From: Aplysia californica
Taxonomy: Eukaryota
Direction of reading: 5' to 3'
NCBI RefSeq assembly: GCF_000002075.1
Contig: NW_004797278.1
Span: forward strand, 2,032,009 to 2,096,008
Length of the DNA stretch: 64,000 bases
Positions within the stretch are counted from its first letter, which is position 1; each line of letters begins with the position of its first letter. Both the position numbers and the translations under genes were made by a program. Shown in pieces: positions 45,822 through 57,205 of the stretch. Under the pieces are notes generated by a model that saw only the letters and a list, made by a program, of their open reading frames with translations, had not been told where the DNA came from and searched no databases.

Positions 45822-47237
45822 NNNNNNNNNNNNNNNNNNNNNNNNNNNNNNNNNNNNNNNNNNNNNNNNNNNNNNNNNNNNNNNNNNNNNNNNNNNNNNN
45901 NNNNNNNNNNNNNNNNNNNNNNNNNNNNNNNNNNNNNNNNNNNNNNNNNNNNNNNNNNNNNNNNNNNNNNNNNNNNNNNNNNNNNNNNNNNNNNNNNNNN
46001 NNNNNNNNNNNNNNNNNNNNNNNNNNNNNNNNNNNNNNNNNNNNNNNNNNNNNNNNNNNNNNNNNNNNNNNNNNNNNNNNNNNNNNNNNNNNNNNNNNNN
46101 NNNNNNNNNNNNNNNNNNNNNNNNNNNNNNNNNNNNNNNNNNNNNNNNNNNNNNNNNNNNNNNNNNNNNNNNNNNNNNNNNNNNNNNNNNNNNNNNNNNN
46201 NNNNNNNNNNNNNNNNNNNNNNNNNNNNNNNNNNNNNNNNNNNNNNNNNNNNNNNNNNNNNNNNNNNNNNNNNNNNNNNNNNNNNNNNNNNNNNNNNNNN
46301 NNNNNNNNNNNNNNNNNNNNNNNNNNNNNNNNNNNNNNNNNNNNNNNNNNNNNNNNNNNNNNNNNNNNNNNNNNNNNNNNNNNNNNNNNNNNNNNNNNNN
46401 NNNNNNNNNNNNNNNNNNNNNNNNNNNNNNNNNNNNNNNNNNNNNNNNNNNNNNNNNNNNNNNNNNNNNNNNNNNNNNNNNNNNNNNNNNNNNNNNNNNN
46501 NNNNNNNNNNNNNNNNNNNNNNNNNNNNNNNNNNNNNNNNNNNNNNNNNNNNNNNNNNNNNNNNNNNNNNNNNNNNNNNNNNNNNNNNNNNNNNNNNNNN
46601 NNNNNNNNNNNNNNNNNNNNNNNNNNNNNNNNNNNNNNNNNNNNNNNNNNNNNNNNNNNNNNNNNNNNNNNNNNNNNNNNNNNNNNNNNNNNNNNNNCAC
46701 ACACACACACAAGAAGAGAACCAAAAAAAGAAGAAAAAAAACCCCACCCAAACCTGTCGCATTTTAAAAAAAACAAAGAAATTAAAGAATTAAAAGGTCG
46801 CGGACTTTGGGTACAAAGTATGAAAGGCACCTTGATTATTATACATCATGACACCGATTTGATGACACTGTAGTTTTTTTTTAGACCTTCGCACTGTTTA
46901 AAGTGGCATGTTCCCGATCAGAACATAGGCGGTGCACTCACTGCTGTCAAACTCCCAAATTGAACCAAGTGACAAATGGCAAGATAAAAGATGGGTGAAA
47001 CACTGATAATACAGGTATATCACACTCAACAACTTAACACATCATTAAAAGAGTGCAGGCACAGATAATATGGATAGGCCTATAATATTAATGTATAAAA
47101 AACAAAACAAAACAAAACCAAAGAAAAGCCATTTAAAAAATCCCAAACAGATAGGCCTACCGACTCATACACACGTGCGCGCATACAGACACACGAAAGC
47201 ACACACGAAAGCACACACACACACACACATGCACATC

Positions 47238-47274
<37 letters not shown>

Positions 47275-47635
47275 ACAACGGCCATCACAACCACGGTCGC
47301 CTGAGACAAAATAATAAATAAATATTATGAACAACGGCCATAACAGTACAGGTCAAACAATCTACTCAAGATTCAAAGAAGACAGACTATGCATTTTTAT
47401 AAATTAAGATGAAAGGGGGGATATTCACATGTTTCAACATTAATATAATATATTATTTGGTTAGTAGTCTACTCCCAAGCAGCAATAAAAAAAAAAATTA
47501 ATGCGTTCACACGCACACTGGTTGAGAGTTGAGAGTGCTTCTCTGTAGATCAGACGATACAATATAATATTAATTGAGACGCCTGATTATTATACATGTA
47601 CAGTCCAAGTGAGACCATTTAAACGCACAAAGAGA

Positions 47636-47684
<49 letters not shown>

Positions 47685-47716
47685 GGGAGAGAGAGTGAGA
47701 GAGATAGAGAGAGAGC

Positions 47717-47758
<42 letters not shown>

Positions 47759-50700
47759 CATAGCCAACATAATATACATCATGTATATATAGCCTTTGTG
47801 CATACACATTTTCAAAAGCCTCAACTTAGTGTGTTTAATGCACTGTGAAATTAAGAGGGTTACGATACAACAAGTGCAGCCATATAACATGTGAAAAAGC
47901 AATTCCCTCCCTTCATCTCAGGTTGATCTACGTGTAGACCGACACGTATTAAATATCCTCAGTCTAAATCAATCACGTACATACTAATGGAGAGATTAGG
48001 GGGTTGTACTATACGTCATTCCTCTTATGCCGCTGTCCGCCCAGGACAGGCCCTGATAGAGCCGTACAAAAGACAGTCTGTATAATACATGTACAGCATG
48101 CCAATTACGCCAACTATACGCCGGACCAGCTGGCTACAAACGTTCATATGATTAAATGATATACATGTGGTTAGTTGAGTTGTCATCCTAGGGGACAATA
48201 AATTTAAGACATCAGCCCCCCTAACAAATTGAATTCTTTGGCCTGGCAATTTAGCCTAGGCTAACTGCGAGTCCTGTCACCAAGTATCACACGTCCTTCG
48301 AGATCACAGTAAGATGTATTTGGACGCTGGTCTGACCCAAAGGATGAGTCCCACTGGACATGTGAATAGTACACCATTCCTCCGCACAATGACCAACATA
48401 TAACATCATCATTATCATCATCAAAGCCTTCCCCACCCTCCATAAGGTAAAGGCCACGAACAAACACTTTCCACCTTTCCCTATAACCGGTCTAGCCTCT
48501 TGATGTTATTCCATGTCTTCTCACTTTTTTGTACATATATCTAACATACCAGCTTAAAAACGACCGTGGCAACGAAGACGACAGTAGTTTAATTTATTTA
48601 TAGAGAATATCTTAGACTTAGAGTAGACTTTTTAGGAGGAACAACCCCAAAAGACGACCCAAACTCCATATATATGCATGGATGAAGGAATTTCCGACGC
48701 CACAGTACAAAAAAAATACCAATTGTTAAGATAACTGATAACTTAGAAAATATGGCTCGACTTCCACCTATCTACACTTTCTTCCTTTCTTTATTTTCCA
48801 TTTTGTTACAGTGTGTGGGAATTTGTAGTACACACGAATTATTGTTAGAATAAAAAGTGAACCAAATGTTCACAGTCACGGCTGCTACAAACCAAATTAA
48901 ATCATAGGTCTGAATAAAGGAAAACATGTACATGGCAGCCAAAGTATTATATAAAAATATATTAAAATATACAAGGCAAAGGGCAAAGGTAAACGTGAGA
49001 AGACCATATTGACGAGGGCCGAAACAACAGAATACCTGACAACCACGGCAAAACTGAAAACTGACAGGATTTGCTTCTTTACTATCCCTCCAAATTTCAT
49101 AATAAACAGGTATCTTGTTATTGACAATAACCCTGTGGATGCAGTGTCTTCAATAGAAACTCAAATAGGGTAAGGTCAATTAAAAAATGGACGGATAAAG
49201 TGTTGGTAGTAAATGCATGAACAGTTGGGTGAGTAAAAGATGCCCATTGCTTTGTGAAAAGAGTTGTAGCCAGTTGAACCCAACATAACAGACACGCCAA
49301 GTCTTGAGCACAACACTAAAGATATATTATGGAAGTCAAGAAAAGTTGATAAATAATATATATACAAGAATTAAATCTTTCAAGCAAATTGTAAAAATAT
49401 TAGCTTGCAAACACACAAAAAAAGTTTGAGCAAACGCAAAACTGAATCAGTAAAGAATTGCAGAAGTTGAAAAAAAGAGGAGTACGGTATGTCAAAAAAT
49501 AAAAAGTTCAAAGTGAAACGCAATAGCGAATTCATCAATATTGAATTATCTTTTCGAAACGACAGGAAAGAGTTATCAGACAATGTCAAGACAATAAATT
49601 TTATATGTAACTGACTCTGAAATGAACATTGCTTGAAAAGGTGAAAGTAAATTACAATTATTGCTTAAAACTATCAAAATTGCATGAATATCAGATTGAA
49701 TAATTATCCTTCTCGCATGGTAACAAAAGCTAAAATTACGACAGAAAGCATCTTTCATTCTCAAGTAGTGCATTCAGATATATCTACCTATTTGCGCAGT
49801 ATCCAGGAAGTGGAGGGATATCTACAAGTACTACTGTGCAAAATTTCAATTACAACTTTTAATGATTAAATATAGGTAACAGGACCGAAGTTTCAAAATA
49901 ACACCCCAAAATAATTACTTTTCAGTTCCTATGCTCAAGTAATCCAACATAAGATTGGCTGTCTACTCTTTAATGCGATTTAAAAATCATGTCATCAGTT
50001 GAGGTTTTATCCCAATCCCACAATGAGACAGAATAATGAGGATTCTTCTTTTCAGATCTGGATCTGAAAGCCAATCATTTGACATTTGACATGACATGTT
50101 CAAAGTCAAAAAGAGTAAGAGTTCCAGCCTTAAATGAAAGCACAATGTGCCCTTGTAGAATTTGTGTCAATTCAATCAAAGTGAAGAAATAGTAATGGTG
50201 TTTGTTTGTTAATTGTTATGATAATTTTGTGAACAAACCTTCATAAATCAAACTGACATGTTCTGGGTCATGTGGGTATGAAGCTCACACAAAACAAAAC
50301 CTAAAAATCTATGACAACAAACCACACATTCATTGCATTGAAGAAGTTATTGATAAGTAAGTTTTTTCAAAGAAATCACATTTCCAGAACTCAGAACTGC
50401 AAATATAATCACGCGAAGAGGCAGAGAAGCAAGTTCATAATATATGCAAATTCTTGATATCTTTGAAATAGAAGTACTGCAAAATAAGTAATTTGTGAGG
50501 ATGAAATCTTTAGCAATAAATAGCTTTCATTCATAAAGACATAATTTTCACAAATCCGGCCAAACCCTCTTCTCTCAGACTTTCCTGTTTTGCACTTCTT
50601 CTTCACAAATTTAAAGGCACTTGTGCTGATGTGGGCAGCTGCACAATTTATATTACACGTATCTTACAGACTGATGATTGCATGTAATGATCCTGTAATA

Positions 50701-51521
50701 TCCCTAGTTCAAATGCTACTTGTTCATGCCAGTGTGCCTTGTGAATTATGCAACACCAAATTACAGGGTTCTCTAACTCGTTACTGGTCACTTTCATAAC
50801 CAAAGTAAAGATTCATTTTTTTTCACTTTCAGAGGGATATCCTTCATGCAAGTTGATGTTATTCTTTGTGAAAAAATCCTGGTTTGCTGCACCGCACCAG
50901 GAAACAGATGTGACATCCACTCTGAACCCCCCCCCCCCCCCCCCCTCATCTTTTCCTGTCCAACCTATTTGAAAGAACATTAAAATGCAAATACACCCTT
51001 CCACATTCCCACCAGCACCATCAAAAAATAAAAATGTTTACCCTCCTATGGGTTCGGACCTTGACCTTCAACATTTCATAGAGTTCATAGTCAACATTAT
51101 TTCAGTAATCAGCACAACAAGATGAAAACACTTACAAATTCATAAAATATAGGGGTGATTTGCCACCCACATGTAGTAGCTTACAATGTTCCACAACCTA
51201 TTTGGGCTGGAAATTTCTTTCCTTTAATTAACAGAATATTTTAAGACTTGCATGTGAAAGTTTTCTTCTAAATATCAACAAAACACATGACAACAAAATT
51301 CATATAATAAGGTAAAGAGATATTTGGCACGTAAAAATAAAGGAGCACATATATGTGAGGCAGGGTGGTGAAATCAGGCCCTCGTCAAAATAATCAAAGT
51401 GAAGAAACTGGCATTTTTCTGCAGGTTTGGGAATTTTTATCGAATTTTTGTTTTTTGGCTCAACTCTCTTCATGCCCATTAAAGTACATATTTCTGTATG
51501 GATTTTACTGAAAAACATTGC

Positions 51522-51794
51522 TTAAAGGCACAAAAAATGTTAATTTTCAGTCTCCACTGACTCTCAGGCTAAGGAACTAACTATCTTAGAGGGCCATTTT
51601 CTCACTCATTTTATCTCTGAAACCAGGTGACCCCCACCTCCTGCATTTGCAAACATATCGAATTCTATTCAAGAAAATGGGATATTTTTAAAATTCAAAG
51701 CAAGACAAAAGAACAAGCTTTAAGATGATACCAATAACTCTGCATGCCTAAAAATTGACGTGAGCCTGATTACACCGCGTCGTGACACATATTT
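51522..51794 (+). repeat. Dispersed repeat, Kolobok-like TTAA-AGG end, copy 1
   Basis: Colinear with 56803-57069. Confidence 0.7.
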
Positions 51795-51988
51795 ACATAA
51801 ATACATTCTTTACATTATGTACACTCAGGCACCATATTATGCAACACATGCATTAAAATATAAAGGGCAAATCAAGTAGGGCCTACTCTCTTGATATTTT
51901 GACCACTCTATGAGAACAGAACTTTAAAACATGAATGAACATCATGTTTCTAAACTGAGCATGGTTTGTTTCCTGTTTCCTGAAAATG

Positions 51989-54900
51989 TCACTGGAGATT
52001 GCAAATTCGAGTGGTGCTCTTTTTGCTCGATGATGATGCTGAGCTCTCAGCTCTTGGGGTGCAAAAGTCAGAAGATGCTGAATCGTCAGCTTGAGAAAAA
52101 TTCCTGCTAGTCCTCGGGGTTCTAGGTGTTGCTCCACTTCCCGTACTTTGCTGTTCCGACATAAGCTGCAACTGTTGTTGCAATTCCCCAACAACACGCT
52201 GACGATCGCTTAGCAAACAATTCTGAGTTTCAATCTCTAGCCTAAGTCTTTCTACTTCAGAGATAAGAGATTGCTCTCTTTCACTGGCCAGTTTTTCAAC
52301 CTCTTGCTTTAACAGAGCCTGCTGATTATCTTTCTCCTTTTCTAACATCCGTACGCGTGCGTCGGCTAATTTCTTTTCCTGTTTGATCCTCTCCAGTTCA
52401 AATAGTAGAGACTCCTCTCTTCTTTTTACAGTCACATCAGAAATGAAACCTCTCCCAACAGGATTTTCTTTAGGCATCACCAGTCCACGACCTCTACCTT
52501 TGGCTGACGATCTTTGTTTTCCCTGAGCCTTTGATGGTTGAGATTTTGTGCTCATGTAACCAGTCAGTACATTCTTTAATGTCTCTCCTTCACTCTTCAT
52601 AGGCTTAACCCTCTGATCTTTGGAGATATCCCCAGAACTGCTATCTGAGCAAAGTTCAGGTTGCAGAGCATCTGGGTTGCTTTCAGAACTGTTTACAGAG
52701 GATGCACGGAAACGACTCTGAGTTATAAAGTTCTGATTACGTGGACTACACTTATCACCACTGATAAATGTCTGAGAGGTGAGATGGGGAGGATAGTTGA
52801 CATCAGCTACTGGTGTCAAGGCTCTATTTATTTGTATGCTGGACATAGATGAATCAATACCATCTGCTCTTCTTTGTTCGTCAGATTCACCACTTGTATC
52901 ATCTGCCTCATTGCCATCATTCACCTCTATTGCACTTTGGGCCAGCTCTTCTCTCAGCCATGTGGGTATTGCACTGTGAGTATCAATCTCTGAAGTTTCT
53001 GAGGAGCAAGAGTTGTCGTCAGTTTTCTTCTCCTTATGAGAAGAAATGTCATTGTGAAAATGCCTTGGAGAAGTAACACCCAGAGAGTGGCTCGACTTTC
53101 GTCGCATAATACGTTTCTTGAAGGTTCTCCTCCGCGGGGGAGGGGCAGTTGTTTCAATATGAATAAATAGATTTTCCCCATGGCAAAATATATTACCAAG
53201 GAGCATCTTTTCAGGGCCTTGCTTTAGCAGTATCAAATGTTTAGGAACCGCTATCACAACACTGTCATCTCTAATAAATTCTCTGTCTTTATCTTTAGAG
53301 TTTTCCTGACTGCTTGCACTCAGTGAACGTTGGGGAACACTGCTGAGTGGTCTGAATCCCTGACTATCGACATCATTAAATACTGATGGGGGACTGTTTT
53401 CCACCGTCTCTTTACCTGATGAGTCAAAAATCCTATTCTTTATCAGATCTTTGTCAGAAGCTGGCATCCCATTTGAATTTGACACGTGGGAACAGGCACC
53501 TTCTATATGCAGTTCCTCCTTGTTGTTAGGGTGTTGAATGCAAGTAATGCTGTCATTTGTACTTGACTGGCTGGTAGTATCTTCATAGTGCAACATCGGA
53601 GATGATGTGTACCGCAAACCCCAGTAGTACAACTCATGGTCTTTTGTGCCAGCAACAGTGAAATGATCTCCGCACTGGACACGGTTTACACACTTTTCCT
53701 CCAAAGCCTTCACTTCAACTGGATTACTTGCTGGTTTAACATTTTGAGTGCCCAGTTGACCCTCCAAGTTACGTCCAAATGTTATGACATGTCCCGGTTC
53801 AACAATAACTGCTGTATGATTACGCCCCATGGATACTGCAAGCACACGATGACGAGCCAGGGCTCGAACAGGAGTGGGAACATTTTTTCCATCCACTTCA
53901 GTCTTTGTAAAGATATTTTTCATGGCCATTAGGAAACCCTGCCGATTATTCAAACCAAGTTTATTATGCTCATTATTTCCACAAGCAAACACCCCACCAA
54001 CATCTGATATGAGCATAGTTCCATCAACTCCACATTCCACATCATTGAATACAACACTCTCTTCTCCAATTTGAACAGTGGTAGGGACACACTGGCTTTC
54101 CTCTGAGCCTAGGCCCAACTGTCCATGAGATCCGTTCCCCCATGACATCACTTCTCCATCACGTCCAAGGACAACAACATGTTTCAAACCACAGGCTATG
54201 GCAACCACATCAACACTGAGAAGACTTTCAATCAGTCTGGGTCGAGCAGAATTACACCAGTCACCATGACCTAAACACCCAGAACTCCCATCACCACAAG
54301 TTAGAACCAATCCATTATCACTGCCAAAGATGCTGAACCCAAGCCCACAGCTCACCAAAGATACAGACTTTCCCTTCAATGCTTCTACCAGGGTGGGTGT
54401 GTATCTGTCTCTTGTATCTCCATGACCCAATTGTCCAGACCCTCCAAAACCCCAAGTAAAAACTTGTCTTTCTGTTGTAGTCACAATCACATGATCAGGA
54501 CCCACACTCATGTGTTTGATTTTCATACGTGGAGGCAAATTGTAAATGCAAGTTAATGTGGCAGTTGAGCACTCTAAATAATAGAGTACTGATCTGATTT
54601 TTGTTTTTTTACCAAGACTTTCTGATGATGTTGTATCATCTTCTTGATCTGACTTGGCTTTGTCAAATTTATTCATGAGAGATGGAAGACGTTGGTACAT
54701 GATTGTGTTTGCTTCTGGACGGTCCTCCGGGCTCCTCCTTAACATATCTGTCACTATTTCCTTAAACTCTTCACTGTAATTCCCTTTGACAGGCGCAAAC
54801 TGTCCTTTCATGATCTTATTTACTAATGCTGGCAAATTTGATCCTTCAAAAGTCTTTTGAAAACAAGCCATCTCATACAAAATACAACCCAAAGCCCAGA

Positions 54901-56350
54901 TGTCAGACTTAAAGCTGTACAGTTTCCCTTCACACATTTCAGGACTTATGTAATATGGTGTACCTAAAACAGTCTCTGCTCCTTTATTAGCAGATCCCAT
55001 CATTTTGGAAATCCCAAAATCACCAATTTTAACGACCCCTTCTTTGGTCAAGAAAATATTGTCTGTCTTCAAATCTCTGTGTAAAATATTATGAGAGTGA
55101 ATATGCCTTATGGCAGCAACAATCTGCTGAAACATTAGCAAAATCTCTCTTTCCTCAAGAGGACGATCTTGCTTTGACAAAAACTGGGCAAGTGTTCCAT
55201 TGTCTGCATATTCCATTTCTATCATTAGAACACCATCTTCTTCAAAGCTGTCATAATAACTAATAATGTTAGGATGGTCTAACATTGCTAAAACACTGAC
55301 CTCATTCAGAGCTAATTGGCGTTCATTGACATTGAGATCATGCATGTTGATCTCCTTGAGGATAACAAGAGACTCATCATCCTTCTTTTTGTACAGCACT
55401 GCAGCTCCATATGCACCTTTTCCAACAATTCTGATCTTTTCAAAACCAGCCAAACTTTGTTGATGTCTGCCACTCCAGTTTCTCAACTTTTCCAAACGAA
55501 AATACAGTTCTCCCATGTACGGTTTACTCGCACTTTCATCACTTTTCCTCTGTGGGGAACTATAGCCAGTCAAATCTCTCCAAACACCAACTGTCACTCC
55601 TGTCAAAAGTTGTAGTTCAGAAACAACAGGTGGAAGAGAATCACTGTTCTGTAAACCATGCCATCCAAAGAAATCTATTCTGGACTTTGAGTCCTCTGGA
55701 AGAAAATAGTTTTTCACTAATCGAGAGAAAAAGTCCTGTACACCCTTTTCAAGATTTCCATCTTTACTTAAAATCTTGTCCTCTTTGATAACCAGCTGAA
55801 GAGATGAACCTGAGCAGCTAAGAATAAACGCTGTACCTTGCACTTTTTTGCCATTGAGAACTTGAGCAATCTGAACTTCAAGATCGTCAAGATTTTGAGT
55901 GTCACAATTATACTGTATCAAAATAACCCCAGGGAGTAATGAATGTCTGATTGAAGAAATATTCCTTACTTTGCTTGATACAATAACAAGTCTGAAGCAA
56001 GGCACATCTGCAGCTTTACCACTACGTCCTCCATGAACATCTTCATAATTTTGAGATGAATCTCTGTGAAAAATTTCTCCATCTTCCATCTTAATGACTT
56101 TTTCAGCTGCACCAGGCTGATAAGATAGTGACCTATGGAACTGTTCAAGTGGTGACTGAGGTGATAACGATTGGGAGTGTGAGCGTCTATGGCTTTTACT
56201 GTCGACATTTTGAGGGGGTTTGCTGGAATTATGGCACTCGCTCTGAATATTTTGAAGAGATTTGCTGACATGTTTTGGTGATACCAAGGGAGTATTCGTG
56301 TCAGAAGAGGGATCCTTTTCTTGAGCTGTTGCACTGATTTCTGAGCTCAT
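51989..56350 (-). CDS. NEK8/NEK9-like NIMA-related Ser/Thr kinase with RCC1 repeats, 1453 aa, CDS in a single exon
   Basis: Kinase motifs GKGAYG, VILKEI, HRDLKTDN, DFG, GTPYYISPE, SDIWALG from aa 303; RCC1 repeats (VFTWGFGGSGQLGHG, SWGNGSHGQLGLG, TFGRNLEGQLG); C-terminal coiled coil; ends CNLQ*. Confidence 0.95.
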   Translation of the reverse strand: MSSEISATAQEKDPSSDTNTPLVSPKHVSKSLQNIQSECHNSSKPPQNVDSKSHRRSHSQSLSPQSPLEQFHRSLSYQPGAAEKVIKMEDGEIFHRDSSQNYEDVHGGRSGKAADVPCFRLVIVSSKVRNISSIRHSLLPGVILIQYNCDTQNLDDLEVQIAQVLNGKKVQGTAFILSCSGSSLQLVIKEDKILSKDGNLEKGVQDFFSRLVKNYFLPEDSKSRIDFFGWHGLQNSDSLPPVVSELQLLTGVTVGVWRDLTGYSSPQRKSDESASKPYMGELYFRLEKLRNWSGRHQQSLAGFEKIRIVGKGAYGAAVLYKKKDDESLVILKEINMHDLNVNERQLALNEVSVLAMLDHPNIISYYDSFEEDGVLMIEMEYADNGTLAQFLSKQDRPLEEREILLMFQQIVAAIRHIHSHNILHRDLKTDNIFLTKEGVVKIGDFGISKMMGSANKGAETVLGTPYYISPEMCEGKLYSFKSDIWALGCILYEMACFQKTFEGSNLPALVNKIMKGQFAPVKGNYSEEFKEIVTDMLRRSPEDRPEANTIMYQRLPSLMNKFDKAKSDQEDDTTSSESLGKKTKIRSVLYYLECSTATLTCIYNLPPRMKIKHMSVGPDHVIVTTTERQVFTWGFGGSGQLGHGDTRDRYTPTLVEALKGKSVSLVSCGLGFSIFGSDNGLVLTCGDGSSGCLGHGDWCNSARPRLIESLLSVDVVAIACGLKHVVVLGRDGEVMSWGNGSHGQLGLGSEESQCVPTTVQIGEESVVFNDVECGVDGTMLISDVGGVFACGNNEHNKLGLNNRQGFLMAMKNIFTKTEVDGKNVPTPVRALARHRVLAVSMGRNHTAVIVEPGHVITFGRNLEGQLGTQNVKPASNPVEVKALEEKCVNRVQCGDHFTVAGTKDHELYYWGLRYTSSPMLHYEDTTSQSSTNDSITCIQHPNNKEELHIEGACSHVSNSNGMPASDKDLIKNRIFDSSGKETVENSPPSVFNDVDSQGFRPLSSVPQRSLSASSQENSKDKDREFIRDDSVVIAVPKHLILLKQGPEKMLLGNIFCHGENLFIHIETTAPPPRRRTFKKRIMRRKSSHSLGVTSPRHFHNDISSHKEKKTDDNSCSSETSEIDTHSAIPTWLREELAQSAIEVNDGNEADDTSGESDEQRRADGIDSSMSSIQINRALTPVADVNYPPHLTSQTFISGDKCSPRNQNFITQSRFRASSVNSSESNPDALQPELCSDSSSGDISKDQRVKPMKSEGETLKNVLTGYMSTKSQPSKAQGKQRSSAKGRGRGLVMPKENPVGRGFISDVTVKRREESLLFELERIKQEKKLADARVRMLEKEKDNQQALLKQEVEKLASEREQSLISEVERLRLEIETQNCLLSDRQRVVGELQQQLQLMSEQQSTGSGATPRTPRTSRNFSQADDSASSDFCTPRAESSASSSSKKSTTRICNLQ

Positions 56351-56448
56351 TCTTTCTTTTTACTAAAAAAGTTTATTTCTATTTTCCAGCCGCAAGGGTT
56401 TACGGCAAGACTTGTAATTTGCTCTATCCTCAAGAATCCGGTCCAAAC
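56351..56448 (-). other. 5'UTR part of the NEK-like coding exon; acceptor AG at 56450-56449
   Basis: tctatttcacag|GTTTGG 98 nt upstream of the ATG; candidate upstream donor CG|gtaagt at 58138/58137. Confidence 0.6.
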
Positions 56449-56802
56449 CTGTGAAATAGAGAAAAGATCTAATTATGTTTATCTGAAGTATAGAAAGTAA
56501 TCCGTTATTAATATATATGCTAAAAAAGTCCAAGCAAAATCTGGATGCAGGATTGACTCTACCTCATGTAGGCTACTTTGCTTCTGACTTTCTTCAAAAT
56601 AGAGTTGTAATAAACAAAGATAGCCCCCACCCCCCCTCCCATTTAATTTGCCTGTGCATGGGCATCATGAAAATATTAACTGAAAATAGCGAGCAACAAG
56701 TTTGGACACTTCTTACCAAGGTCAGAGCTTTTTTGGTTTATTAACACGTTGTATGCTCATTCAAAAACATTCTCATGTGTGGATGTTATGGAAAAACATA
56801 GT

Positions 56803-57069
56803 TTAAAAGCACAACAGATGTAAATTTTCAGTTTCCACAGACTCTCAAGCTAAGGATATAACTAATCTGAGTAATCTTTGGCAGCCATTTTCTCACCTCC
56901 GAAATAAAGTAAAACCCACCTCCTTCCTTCAAAAATATCTCGACTTGTATTTAAGATAAATGGACATTTTTTTCACCAAAAGCAAGACAAATAAACAATC
57001 TTTAAAATGATACCTCTACACGCTGAAAAATTGACGAGCGCCTGATTCCACTGCGTCCCGACACATATT
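56803..57069 (+). repeat. Dispersed repeat, copy 2
   Basis: Shared AATTTTCAGT...GACTCTCA.GCTAAGGA...AAAGCAAGACAAA...AAAAATTGACG...GACACATATT. Confidence 0.7.
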
Positions 57070-57142
57070 GACTATAAATTCTATGTGCACATTTATACCA
57101 TGTAACATAATTACATCGCTTTCATAAAATGATTCGCTGTGG

Positions 57143-57184
<42 letters not shown>

Positions 57185-57205
57185 TATATATATATATATA
57201 TATAT
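57143..57205. repeat. (TA)n microsatellite
   Basis: Direct. Confidence 0.95.

Noticed and set aside
45721-46873. Long ORFs in the ORF track spanning N runs (also 39.4-39.9, 41.4-42.0, 57.4-57.9 and 62.5-63.0 kb)
   Set aside because: Made of X residues from assembly gaps plus microsatellite translation.
52661-55788. Short plus-strand ORFs antisense to the NEK CDS
   Set aside because: Shadow ORFs of a long coding sequence, with no independent signal.
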